From an uncultured delta proteobacterium (GTDB lineage Bacteria > Desulfobacterota > WTBG01 > CAIYCZ01): a DNA stretch of 64,000 nucleotides. The notes below the pieces were generated by a model. It made no database searches. It was given only the letters and a program-made list of their open reading frames with translations, and had not been told where the DNA came from. This document shows positions 11,467 to 21,693 of the stretch, piece after piece. The position numbers and the translations under genes are program-made. How positions within the stretch are numbered: the first letter of the stretch is position 1; every line of letters starts with the position of its first letter. The DNA lies in contig CAWDOY010000009.1 of the NCBI GenBank assembly GCA_963803975.1, positions 88,040-152,039 on the forward strand, in the 5' to 3' direction.

Positions 11467-13429
11467 ATGCACATGCGAAGAAATATAGCCTTTGACCAGG
11501 AGCTTAACCCGCAGCAGCTTGCCGTGGTGCAATCGGGCGACGGCCCGGTGCTGGTAATTGCCGGCGCCGGCAGCGGCAAGACCAGAACCCTTACCTACCG
11601 GGTGTCCTATCTGATTGAGCGGGGAGTTGATCCCTACCGGATACTGCTGGTCACCTTCACCAATAAGGCTGCACGCGAAATGCTGTCGCGCGTTGCAGCG
11701 CTGGTGCCCTCTGATATCGGCAAGCTCTGGGGCGGCACCTTTCACCACATCGCCAACCGCATCCTGCGCGTTAATGCGGCGCGCATCGGGCTGCAGCCGA
11801 ACTTTACCATCCTTGACCAGCAGGACGCTGGCGATCTTCTCAACTCGTGTTATACCGACCTGGGGTATAAGAAGAAAAACAGCCTCCTGCCCCAGGGCGC
11901 GGTGCTCGCGCGCATCTTCAGCCTTGCCCGCAATACCCGGACTGCGGTTGAGCAGCTCCTGGAGCGGCGCTATCCTTATTTTATTGAGCACCTGGGCGAC
12001 ATTCAGGCTATCTATAAACACTACGCGGAGAAAAAGAAAAAGCTCAACCTGGTTGATTTTGATGACCTGCTCACCTGCTGGCTGCAGCTCATGGAGGAAG
12101 ACCCGTCGCTGCGCGAGTTTTACGCCCAGCGCTTTCAGCACATCCTGGTGGATGAATACCAGGACACCAATAAGCTCCAGGCGGATATCATCGACGCCGT
12201 GGCCGGCACGCAGCAGAACCTCATGGTGGTGGGCGATGACTCGCAGAGCATTTACGCGTTCCGGGGAGCAAACTTCGCCAATATCATGGATTTCCCGCGC
12301 CGCTACCCGACAGCAAAAATTTTCAAGCTTGAGTACAACTACCGCTCCTCCCCCGAGATCCTGCAGCTTGCAAACCAGAGCATCACCCGCAATGAAAAGC
12401 AGTTTCACAAGGAGCTGAAGGCCCAGCGCAAGAGCGGCGTGCAGCCTTCAGGCCTGCTGTTTGACACCGTGATCCAGCAGGCCTGCGGCGTTACCGACAA
12501 AATCAGGGAATTTATAGCGCAGGGCATTCATCCGGGGGAGATAGCGGTCCTGTACCGGGCACACTACCACTCCATGGAGCTGCAGATGCAGCTCACCCGC
12601 ACCGGCATCCCGTTTGAAATCCGCTCGGGCATCCGCTTTTTTGAGCAGGCCCATATAAAGGACATTGCCTCCTATCTGCGGCTCCTGATCAATCCCTTTG
12701 ATGAGGTGGCGTGGAAGCGCATCCTGCAGCTGCTGCCTAAAATCGGGGACGGTGCGCGCGCAAAAGATCTGGGATGCGCTATCCGCTGCCGAAAGCCCGC
12801 TCGAAGCCTGCCTCAGCGGGAACCTGGAGGCAGTGGTTCCTGCTGCTGCCCGGCCCTACTGGGAACAGCTGTGCAGCGTGATGCGGCCGCTGGTGCAGCT
12901 GGGGCCGGAGACGTCGCCGGGAATACTCATCAAGACCGTCTTTGAGGGCGGCTATGAAGAATACCTGCGCATTAAATATCATGACCCCGCAGGCCGTGCC
13001 GAAGATATCGAGCGCTTCATGGATTTTGCGTACCACTATGACCGCCTGGAGGACTTTCTGGCAGAGCTTGCCCTGCTGACCAGTGTCACTGCGGAAAATG
13101 TACCGGCAGAAGAAGACCGGGAGACGGTGAAGCTCAGCACCATCCACCAGGCAAAGGGGCTTGAGTGGCCAATAGTGTTCATCATCTCCCTTGCCGAGGG
13201 CAGCTTTCCCAATCCGAAGAACATTGACTCCCAGGATGACGAGGAAGAGGAGCGCCGGCTGTTTTATGTTGCGGTTACCCGGGCCAAGGATTATCTGTTC
13301 CTGTGCAGCCCCCTCCACAGCGATCACCACGGGGCCGTGACCATGATGAAACCCTCGCGCTTTGTCCGGGAAATACCGGAGCAGTGTTTTGAACGGCAGT
13401 ATTTCCCCGGCGACAGCAGCTACTTTTAG
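11467..13429 (+). CDS. uvrD: UvrD/PcrA/Rep family ATP-dependent helicase; frameshift near 12750
   Basis: AGAGSGKT, VTFTNKAA, VDEYQDTN, VGDDSQSIYAFRGA, STIHQAKGLE, EERRLFYVAVTRA. Confidence 0.92.
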
Positions 13430-13473
13430 TCTCTTAAGACTGAAATTTCTTGCAAAAATGGAAAGACAAAGTT

Positions 13474-13627
13474 AAAATCTGGAACTCAGGAAATCAGGAA
13501 AATTTTGTTTTTACCTTTGTGAGTTCCTGTCAGCTGTGAGCTCAGTCGAATCGAGTTCCAAATTCAATCTTCTTTGTTTCTTTTTAGTCTTTGCGGTTAA
13601 CTTTGGTTCCGGCTTGTCCGGGTTAGG
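13474..13627 (+). repeat. Repeat family B, copy 1
   Basis: AATCTGGAACTCAGGAA...GAGTTCCAAATT hairpin ending CTTTGGTTCCGGCTTGTCCGGGTTAGG; reverse-complement match at 34036-34181. Confidence 0.88.
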
Positions 13628-15641
13628 TTGTTAAAAAATAGTTTTCCCCCAGGAGAAAAACCAGTGTACCAGGCAAAGGCAGTCCTGTTTTTCGAAGGTC
13701 AAAAACTGATTTCCGGCGTGTGCCTTGATGACAGCGGAAGCCGCCTCCATGTCTATACCGCTGCCGGCAGGGAGATGAACGTTACGATAAACAGGGTCCT
13801 CCACTTTTCCTCCTACCTCCTTGACCTTTCTTCATCAAAAGACGCGCTCCTGAAAAAAATAAAAGCTCTCGAGCAGAAGCAGGAAGAGCTCAAGCGCCAG
13901 GTGGATGTTAAGTCACTGTGGGAGATGCTCACGGATGAGGGCGAGGTCTTTGATACCGGCTATCTGGCAACCATGGTCTTCGGGGAAACGACAGACTCAG
14001 ACTGCGGCGCGGCAGTGCTGCGCGCACTGTTAGAGGAGCGCACCCGGTTCAAACTGGCGGGCAAGCAGTTTCAGATCAACACCCCGGAGCAGATTGAAGC
14101 GCTGCTCACCAAGCGCCGCCGCGAAGCCCAGCGCCAATGCGATATCGAGGAGGGAAGCATCTGGCTTGAGTCAGTCCTGCAGGGGAAAAAAACGTCCGGT
14201 GCTCGGGAGAGCTCATTTCTGAAGCTTCTTCGGGACTACGTCGTGTTTGGCAGCGACGCAGCTGATTATCAGCTGATACGGGAAATGCTTGATCAGGCAA
14301 AGATTATCGACCCGAAGGCGTGCTTTGACCTGCTGGTAGAGCACGGCGTCTTTGACGCAGATGAAAACCTGAGCCTTGAGCGCTATCAGATCCCCGTGCA
14401 CTGGCCGCGGCAGGTGCTGGAAGAAGTCGACGGGCTCGCACGGCAGGTGCCGGACGGCGCAGCGCGGCGGGACCTTACCCATCTCAGGATTGTTTCCATT
14501 GATGACGCGTTCACCAGAGACATAGACGATGCCATCAGCTTTGAACGCAAAGACGGCTGCCTGCAGCTGGGCATTCACATAACCGATGCTGCATCCATCA
14601 TCAAACCTGAATGCAGACTTGACCGCGAGGCTGCTAAACGGGCTACTTCTATTTACCTGCCTGAGGGAAAAATCCCCATGCTGCCCCCTGATCTCTCAGA
14701 GGGACTGCTGAGCCTTAAAGAAGGAGAAAACCGCCCTGCGCTGAGCTTTCTGGTCAAACTCAGTGATGCCGGAGATATAATCGATTCTGAAATCTGTTTA
14801 AGCATTATCCGGGTCGCGAAAAAAATGACCTATGACGAGGTGGACGCGGAAATCGCACAGAACTCCCCGTTCGCAGAACTCTATCGCCTGACCTCAGCCC
14901 TCATGGAGAAGAGAAAAAGCGCCGGTGCCCTCATCCTTTCAATCCCTGAACTGCAGATAGTTGTTGACCAGGAGAAGCACATCGCGCTTTCAATCCGCGA
15001 GCGCAATGCCCCGAGCCAGGTTGTTGTCGCCGAGTGCATGATACTTGCAAACCATCTGGCAGCCCGGCTGTTCAGGGAGCGGGGTGTCCCTGCGTTGTAC
15101 CGGAAGCAGGCCCAGCCGCGGGAACGCATAGACATGCCTGACGGCGGGTCACTGCTACCACCTGTACCGCCAGAGGAAGCTCCTGGGCAGGGTGGATCTG
15201 GGCATTGAGCCGGGTCCCCATTACATGCTCGGCCTTGACCTCTATACCACCATAACCTCGCCGATGAGAAAATATTATGACCTGGTGATGCAGCGCCAGA
15301 TGAAGAGCCTGCTGGGAGGAGGGCCTCCCGTGTACGGGAAGCATGACTTGAAAAACATGGTGAGCGAGGTTGATCCGCGCCTTGCCAAAGCTGGTCTTGT
15401 CTCGCAGGAACGGGAGCGCTACTGGGTGCTGAAATATCTACAGGATCAGGTCGGGCAGCCATTAACCGCACTGGTGCTGGAGAAGCGAATGCGCGGCTAC
15501 AGCATCCTTCTCTATGATTATCAGCTGGAAGTGAACCTCTCCGCAGCCGACGGCACAGCGCTTGCGCCCGGTGAAACCATTACCGTGGTCCTTGAAAAAG
15601 CTGATCCCTTCAACGGAACCTTAAAAGTAGCTCTCCGCTGA
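13628..15641 (+). CDS. RNB-domain exoribonuclease (RNase II/R family); frameshift near 15160
   Basis: SIDDAFTRDIDDAIS catalytic motif, ECMILAN, YTTITSPMRKYYDLVMQRQ. Confidence 0.88.
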
Positions 15642-15767
15642 CACACCCTTTTTTCACTCCATTATATTAATACGGATTACGGCGGGAGAATTAAAAATAG
15701 AAGAAGACGGATCACCAGCTCAAAGAGTCGAAGCGCAAAACAAAGACTGACAGCCGGGAAAAGCAAT

Positions 15768-16084
15768 TTGACAACGTCGTAAAAACTCCCCCTGCTGTCT
15801 TTGCGAGCATCTGACCCCGGCGCTGCGCTTCGGGGTTGTTCATGAAAGAAACAAGTCTCGGGAGACCCCTCTTACATCCCCCCTTGGCAAGGGGGGAAAC
15901 AGGGGGGTGTCATTGCATACATGAACCACCTGCACAATGTTTTTGAATTGTGCATGAACGGAAGTTTCTTAGGAGGAGTGAAACGACGAAGCAATCCCAG
16001 GGAATTTCAGAAAGTTGTGAGATTGCCGCGCTTCGCTCGCAATGACAAATTGTTCGTTTTTTCGACTTTTTACGACGTCATCAA
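15768..16084. mobile_element. Composite non-autonomous element with nested palindromes
   Basis: TIRs TTGACAACGTCGTAAAAA / TTTTTACGACGTCATCAA enclosing GCAATC...GATTGC...CTCGCAATGAC and CCCCCCTTGGCAAGGGGGG palindromes. Confidence 0.75.
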
Positions 16085-16093
16085 TTTTACGTT

Positions 16094-16132
16094 AAAAAAA
16101 AGGCAGAGCCAGGTATGACTCTGCCTTTTTTT
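16094..16132. terminator. Bidirectional terminator after clpA
   Basis: A8-GGCAGAG-loop-CTCTGCC-T7. Confidence 0.85.
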
Positions 16133-16142
16133 AGTCAACACT

Positions 16143-18416
16143 TTAACTATAGCTGAAAGTAAGCTGCGCTGGTTCGGAAGCCGTGTCAAGGTCAACAAGG
16201 GCGCTGCCGCCGTTTACCAGATGCCCGAAGAGCAGCTCGTCAGCGAGCCGGTCCTTGATCTCTGTCTGAATCAGGCGGGCCAGGGGGCGTGCGCCGTAGA
16301 TGGGGTCATAGCCGTGGTTGGCAAGCCAGGTGCGGGCAGCAGGCGAAAGAGAGAGCTGCACCTTCTTCACGCCCAGCTGCTCATTGAGCTCGGCAATAAA
16401 CTTGTCCACAATCTTCTGCATGATCTCGATATTCAGCGCGTGGAAAGTAATTATCCCGTCAAGGCGGTTGCGGAATTCAGGGTTAAATAATTTTTCTATG
16501 GCCTTTAATCCCTTGTCGCCTTTATCTTCCGCGACCGTGGCGCCAAAGCCGAGCGTTGCCGCGCTCATCTCCCGTGCTCCGGCGTTTGAGGTCATGAGCA
16601 GTATCACGTGCCGGAAGTCCGCGGTCTTGCCGTTGTTGTCGGTGAGGGTCGCGTGATCCATCACCTGCAGCAATATATTAAATATGTCCGGGTGCGCTTT
16701 TTCAATTTCATCAAGAAGCAGCACGGTGTAGGGATTCTTGCGGATGGCATCAGTCAGGAGGCCTCCCTGGTCAAAGCCGACATAGCCGGGCGGCGCGCCG
16801 ATGAGCCGCGACACCGTGTGCTTTTCCATGTACTCGCTCATGTCAAAGCGCTGGAAGTGCACGCCCAGCACGGCTGCCAGCTGCTTTGCCACTTCGGTCT
16901 TGCCCACGCCGGTGGGGCCGATAAAGAGAAATGAGCCGATGGGCTTCTCCGGAATGCTCAGGCCGGCCCGGGAGCGCTTGATGGCCGTGACCATGTTCTT
17001 GATCGCGTCATCCTGGCCGAAGACCCGTTTCTTCAGCTCCTCGTCAAGGTTCTGCAGCTGCAGCTTGTCAGAGGTGGAGACGCTGCGCGCCGGAACCTTT
17101 GCTATCCGGGCAACGACTTTTTCAATGTCCTGGGTGGTGATTTTTTTGCGGTGCTTGTAGGCCGGGCTCACTTTGAATATCGAGCCGGTCTCGTCAATCA
17201 CGTCAATGGCCTTGTCCGGCAAATAGCGGTTGGTGATGTGCTTGGCTGAGAGCTCTGCTGCCGCCTTGATGGCCTGCGGCGTGTAGATAACATCGTGGTG
17301 CTCTTCGTAGCAGGATTTGAGGCCTTTCAGTATCTCAATGGTCTCGTCAACGCTCGGCTCGGAGATTTCAATCTTCTGGAAGCGGCGCGACAGGGCCCGG
17401 TCTTTCTCAAAATAGTTTTTATATTCTTCGTAGGTGGTGGTGCCGATGCAGCGCAGGTTGCCGGAGACCAGGGCCGGCTTCAGAATATTTGAAGCGTCCA
17501 TGGACCCGCCGCTCGTGGCACCCGCGCCGACAATGGTATGAATTTCATCAATGGCAAGTATGACGCCCGGCTTGTTGTTCAGCTCGGTAATCACGCCTTT
17601 GAGCCGTGCCTCAAAATCCCCCCGGAACTTGGTGCCTGCCAGCAGCGCGCCCATGTCAAGAGAGTATATTTCAGTGTTGTGAAAAGCCGTCGGCACTTCC
17701 TCATGAACAATCTTTAATGCCAGGCCTTCAACAATCGCGGTTTTTCCCACCCCCGGATCACCCACAAAGATGGGGTTGTTTTTCAGCCGGCGGCCCAGCA
17801 CCTGAATGGTGCGCTCAAGCTCCGCCTGCCGGCCGATGAGGGGATCGATCTTTCCTGCCCGGGCCTTCTCAATAAGATTTACCGTAAACTTTTCCAGCAT
17901 CCCGCCGCGCTTCTGCTGCGCTTTTCGGTCATGGCGTGTTTCCGCCTCGCGCTCATCAATGTCGTCCTGCCACTCATCCTCGCCGGTCTGCGAGACACCG
18001 TGGGAGATATAATTTAAAATATCGAGCCGCGTGATGCCCTGCTGCGCGAGAAAATAGACCGCGTAGCTCTGCTCTTCCGCGAACAGCGCCGCGAGAATGT
18101 CTCCGGCATCAACTTCCTTTTTCTCGGCAGCCTGGACATGCAGGATGGCCCGCTGCAGGACCCGCTGGACGCCCATGGTCTGGACAATCTCCCGGCCGTC
18201 CTGCTCCGGCAGCGCTTTCACATGCCGGGAGAAGAAATCTTGAAGCTGCTGCTTCAGCTCCTTTATGTCAGCACCGCAGTTGCGAAGTATTCGGCTTCCC
18301 ACCGGGTCATGGAGCAGAGCGTACAAGATATGCTCAACCGTGAGCATCTCGTGATGCCTGGTTTTTGCTTCCCTGATTGCGGTGGCAAATGCTATTTCCA
18401 GTTCCTTACTAATCAT
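16143..18416 (-). CDS. clpA: ATP-dependent Clp protease ATP-binding subunit ClpA
   Basis: Two AAA+ modules ([16 protein letters not shown]), [21 protein letters not shown]; directly after clpS. Confidence 0.97.
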   Translation of the reverse strand: MISKELEIAFATAIREAKTRHHEMLTVEHILYALLHDPVGSRILRNCGADIKELKQQLQDFFSRHVKALPEQDGREIVQTMGVQRVLQRAILHVQAAEKKEVDAGDILAALFAEEQSYAVYFLAQQGITRLDILNYISHGVSQTGEDEWQDDIDEREAETRHDRKAQQKRGGMLEKFTVNLIEKARAGKIDPLIGRQAELERTIQVLGRRLKNNPIFVGDPGVGKTAIVEGLALKIVHEEVPTAFHNTEIYSLDMGALLAGTKFRGDFEARLKGVITELNNKPGVILAIDEIHTIVGAGATSGGSMDASNILKPALVSGNLRCIGTTTYEEYKNYFEKDRALSRRFQKIEISEPSVDETIEILKGLKSCYEEHHDVIYTPQAIKAAAELSAKHITNRYLPDKAIDVIDETGSIFKVSPAYKHRKKITTQDIEKVVARIAKVPARSVSTSDKLQLQNLDEELKKRVFGQDDAIKNMVTAIKRSRAGLSIPEKPIGSFLFIGPTGVGKTEVAKQLAAVLGVHFQRFDMSEYMEKHTVSRLIGAPPGYVGFDQGGLLTDAIRKNPYTVLLLDEIEKAHPDIFNILLQVMDHATLTDNNGKTADFRHVILLMTSNAGAREMSAATLGFGATVAEDKGDKGLKAIEKLFNPEFRNRLDGIITFHALNIEIMQKIVDKFIAELNEQLGVKKVQLSLSPAARTWLANHGYDPIYGARPLARLIQTEIKDRLADELLFGHLVNGGSALVDLDTASEPAQLTFSYS

Positions 18417-18731
18417 TTATGCCTCTTCCATGCTGCACTTGAGAGGAAACCCGCGCTCTTTTGAAATATGCGCTACCATCGCGACCTTGGTTTCTGCAAT
18501 CTCTGCAGTGTAGATGCCGCACATGCCGATTCCCTTCTCATGGACATTGAGCATTATCTGCGCTGCTTCTGCGGGTGGTTTATGAAACACTGACTCCAGC
18601 ACCTGCACCACAAAGTCCATGGTCGTGTAATCATCATTGTGCAGCAGAACTTTATATTGCCGCGGCTCATCGATCCGCTCTTCGCCGCGGGTTGCTATAT
18701 GCTCTTTTAACTGGGTAAGCTCCTTGCTCAT
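18417..18731 (-). CDS. clpS: Clp protease adaptor ClpS
   Basis: YKVLLHNDDYTTMDFVV, FPLKCSME. Confidence 0.97.
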   Translation of the reverse strand: MSKELTQLKEHIATRGEERIDEPRQYKVLLHNDDYTTMDFVVQVLESVFHKPPAEAAQIMLNVHEKGIGMCGIYTAEIAETKVAMVAHISKERGFPLKCSMEEA

Positions 18732-18799
18732 ATCCTTCGCGCGACCGGCTCTTTTGCAAAATCAACGATAAAGTATAATAATCTCTCTTGTACTATTAA

Positions 18800-18829
18800 A
18801 TTATACACTAAAGGTTTGATGGAAGTCAA
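18800..18829 (-). promoter_or_regulatory. Sigma70-type promoter of clpSA (copy 1 of 3)
   Basis: Minus strand TTGACT-18 nt-TATAAT about 70 nt upstream of clpS; repeated at 19745-19774 and 20374-20403. Confidence 0.7.
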
Positions 18830-18837
18830 CGGCTTGA

Positions 18838-18951
18838 CCGGGGAGTATAAAATTTGTTGGACAATTGGAAGAAAAACTGGGTAGAGTATTGAAACCGCAA
18901 AAAGGCGGGAGACCAAAGAAGCAGAAAAACTAGTATGATGTCCCCGGATTT
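18838..18951 (+). mobile_element. 3' remnant of a REP-associated tyrosine (Y1) transposase gene
   Basis: Translates PGSIKFVGQLEEKLGRVLKPQKGGRPKKQKN* followed by TGTCCCCGGATTT, resembling RAYT C-termini and ends. Confidence 0.6.
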
Positions 18952-19069
18952 ATTATTTTCATACCTTCACTTGCGTTTTCCTAGTTTACTATTTTTTAAG
19001 TGAGGAGATATCTTCATGACTATCATTGTATCACACGGTAGTTTTAGTGCGCAGCAGGTGGATATCATC

Positions 19070-19342
19070 TGATTTTGAAATGGAAAATTATTTACAGAAC
19101 ACATTCGGAAATATCTGCAATCGCTGTCTATGCAGCGGCTAGAACTCGTTGGTGCAGCCACCGAGATGATTTTCAACCAGACTCAGAGCGATATAGATGT
19201 GGCAGTTGATTTCAAGGGAAATGAACGACTGTTCGAAAGTTACTTCGATTTGAGACAGCAGTTAGAACACAGTTTCGGGAGAAGGCTGTATGTTATGCAC
19301 AGTAAAGCGCTGCAGATCCTATGTGAACAATCGATTGATTGA
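19070..19342 (+). pseudogene. Degraded minimal nucleotidyltransferase (MNT antitoxin type)
   Basis: RLELVGAAT...SDIDVAVDF...FESYFDLRQQLEHSFGRR; no HEPN partner visible. Confidence 0.65.
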
Positions 19343-19570
19343 GACATGGTGAACTCGATGAGTGTACTAAATATTCTGAATGATCGAGTACAGACTGAAT
19401 TCGGGCTTTCATTTGAGCAGTAAGCAACGATTTTTATTGGACTAGCGATGAGGAATATCAAGCTCTACTGGAGACAATGCGGATAAAACTTCGCGAAGGG
19501 TACAATAAATCTGTAATCCTTGCGCGGGTTCAATCAGATGAGAGATTGACAGACTTAATACTTTCTGCGA

Positions 19571-19786
19571 GCTCATATCCTTCGCGCGACCCACTCGTTT
19601 TCAAAATAACGATAACGTATAAAAATCTCTCTTGTACAGTTCAAGGGGACTCTAAAAATAGAATTTTCACCGGGCTCAATGAATGCAACCTATTTTTTTA
19701 TTCCCTCTGTTCAGCGCAAATCAAATTATTAGAGGTACCCTTAAATTATACACTAAAGGTTTGATGGAAGTCAACGGATTGACCGG
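19571..19786 (-). repeat. Duplicate of the clpS start codon, leader and promoter, interrupted by a 100-bp MITE
   Basis: 19571-19637 matches 18726-18793; 19741-19786 matches 18796-18841. Confidence 0.9.
19643..19742. mobile_element. Small MITE
   Basis: Imperfect TIRs AAGGGGACTCTAAAAA / TTATTAGAGGTACCCTT; absent from the matching position of copy 1. Confidence 0.7.
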
Positions 19787-19870
19787 TGATGCTGTAGCCG
19801 ACCATGTCGGTAAAGATGACCAAGCCGCAGATGAAGCTGATGTAGAGGCAATGCATGACAAGTGGTTTTC

Positions 19871-20083
19871 TTATAAATATTTTTTAAAGTCCTCAATACT
19901 GAGGCCTGCATCTCTAACTATACCTGCCATGGTAAAGGAATTGATTGGATTTGTCCGCGGGATGGTAATAATTCGCTCTCCATTAGTCATCGTTATATGT
20001 TTACCCTGTCTCGCAACCCAAAAACCCGCTTTCTTGAAAGCGTTAACTGCTCGCTGGTGGCTGATACCGGAGAGTTTCGGCAT
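19871..20083 (-). CDS. hicA: HicA-family toxin
   Basis: 70 aa basic; KKAGFWVARQGKHITM, TMAGIVRDAGLSIEDF. Confidence 0.85.
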   Translation of the reverse strand: MPKLSGISHQRAVNAFKKAGFWVARQGKHITMTNGERIITIPRTNPINSFTMAGIVRDAGLSIEDFKKYL

Positions 20084-20086
20084 GAA

Positions 20087-20281
20087 TTATCCTACTTCCA
20101 CATAACGGGCCTTCTTGCCTTTGCTTAATCCCTCGACAGTTGCGAGATATGCCTCTATGGCATCTTTAATGTTTTCCAAAGCATCTTCTTCGGTTTGTCC
20201 CTGTGACCAGCACCCCGGCAAACCGGGGGCCCACACAGCATACCCCTCGTCTGTTTTTTTAAGAGTTACTTTGTATCTCAT
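20087..20281 (-). CDS. hicB: HicB-family antitoxin (short form)
   Basis: YAVWAPGLPGCWSQGQTEEDALENIKDAIEAYL. Confidence 0.88.
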   Translation of the reverse strand: MRYKVTLKKTDEGYAVWAPGLPGCWSQGQTEEDALENIKDAIEAYLATVEGLSKGKKARYVEVG

Positions 20282-20639
20282 AGTGATGCTCCTGAGGGCA
20301 GGTTAGTAGTAGCAAAATCGTGCCCGGTTAAACCAGGTTGCTTTCTTTATTTTATTATACGTCATAAAATGAAATTATACACCAAAGGTTTGCGGCAAGT
20401 CAACGGATTGAGACCCCACCATTAAGGAGGGGGTATTGACAGGAAAACTTATTACTGGGAATATTTGCTTTGATTTTAATTGGTTTATAAAAATGATTTT
20501 TTGCTGGCTGGCTGAAAATGTACTCTGAAGTGCTGTGCAAAAGAGCCAGTTCAAATTCAAGTTTTTACAGAGGAGCTTATCCATCTGAAGTACTCTGAGG
20601 ATAAACAAAAAAACAGAGGCCAATTTCCACAGGAAAACA

Positions 20640-20711
20640 TTGACACTCTTTACTTCTCACTTATATAATTCTGCCAAACGCAGAATAAGCATAAAAAAAC
20701 AATGTTAGGTC
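20640..20711 (+). promoter_or_regulatory. Consensus promoter followed by an attI-like recombination point
   Basis: TTGACA(20640)-18 nt-TATAAT(20664); AAAAAAACAATGTTAGGTC ends in a GTTRRRY core. Confidence 0.6.
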
Positions 20712-20742
20712 GATGCTCCGCACAGAGATAATAAGGTAATTG

Positions 20743-21459
20743 ATGAAAATTGTAACATGGAATTGCAATGGTGCATTTAGAAATAAATTTCAGCACATAT
20801 CACAGCTTGAAGCTGATATTTTAATAATTCAAGAATGTGAGAATCCTGAATCAATATCAAAGAAGAATGAAAGTTATCATCAATTTGCAAGAAATACATT
20901 GTGGTGTGGATCAAATAATAACAAAGGACTTGGAGTATTTGCCAGTGATGGAATAGCCCTGAATAAATTAGAATGGAACCATTTGTGGCGAGGACGCTCA
21001 CTTCAATGGTTTTTACCGTTCAGGATTAATGATAAACAAACTATTCTTGCTGTATGGAATCATCATGCAGATGCTAAAGCATTTCCATACATCGGTCAGT
21101 TTTGGTTGTTTATACAAAACAACAGGCAAGAATTCAAAAATCTTATCATCGCAGGAGATTTTAATAGCAATTCAAACTGGGATAAATGGGATCGTTGGTA
21201 GAACCATTCTGACTGTATAATCGAGTTGAAAGAAAACAATATTGAAAGTGTATATCACACAGTATTTAATGTAGAGCAGGGATCAGAGAAAATTAATACA
21301 TTCTTCTCACATAGAGATCAAAATAAAGGTTATCATATCGATTACGTCTTTGGAGATAGAGGCGTTATAAATAAAACTAAAACATTTAATATTTTTGACT
21401 TTAACGATTGGAAAGAATACAGCGATCATGTTCCTGTTGTATGGGAATTCGAAGAGTGA
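20743..21459 (+). pseudogene. Endonuclease/exonuclease/phosphatase (EEP) family protein in an integron-type cassette; in-frame TAG at 21199-21201
   Basis: MKIVTWNCN, IIQEC, IAGDFNSN, YHIDYVF, YSDHVP; AT-rich; both ORF halves in the same frame. Confidence 0.85.
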
Positions 21460-21540
21460 CCTAAAAACTGTTTCAACTCGAATCGACTATTGTCAAACTA
21501 CTGCTACACTGTTGTCATATTCAATCACAGGGTAAGATAG
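21458..21540 (+). other. Degenerate attC-like site
   Basis: GACCTAAA overlaps the stop codon and complements GTTAGGTC at 20704; then ACTGTTTCAACTCG ... GGGTAAG; R' box missing. Confidence 0.55.
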
Positions 21541-21580
21541 GGGTCACATTGACCCCTGTGGCCCTCCCCTCTGGCCCTGC

Positions 21581-21630
21581 TTAGGAACACATTTATGCGC
21601 GACGGTTTCGCGGCTGAAGCCGCTCCTACA
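21581..21630 (-). repeat. GTAG-type REP doublet (REPIN)
   Basis: Reverse complement of 45298-45346 (TGTAGGAGCGGCTT...GCCGCGA...GCATAAATG). Confidence 0.8.
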
Positions 21631-21693
21631 GAAGGACAACGTATCTTTGGAACAACCTGAGAGAAAAATCCGCAGATTTATACAGGTAGAAAT

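Noticed and set aside
11260..12408. Long antisense ORFs (this one, also 1646-2470, 26900-27676, 40062-40847, 42150-42896) as real genes
   Set aside because: Shadow frames of well-supported genes in GC-rich DNA, with no recognisable motifs
18798..20411. Three ~40-bp direct repeats as a CRISPR array
   Set aside because: Spacing of 600-900 bp, promoter-like content and no cas genes
20375..20623. Minus-strand ORF as an integron integrase remnant
   Set aside because: No tyrosine recombinase motifs in the translation
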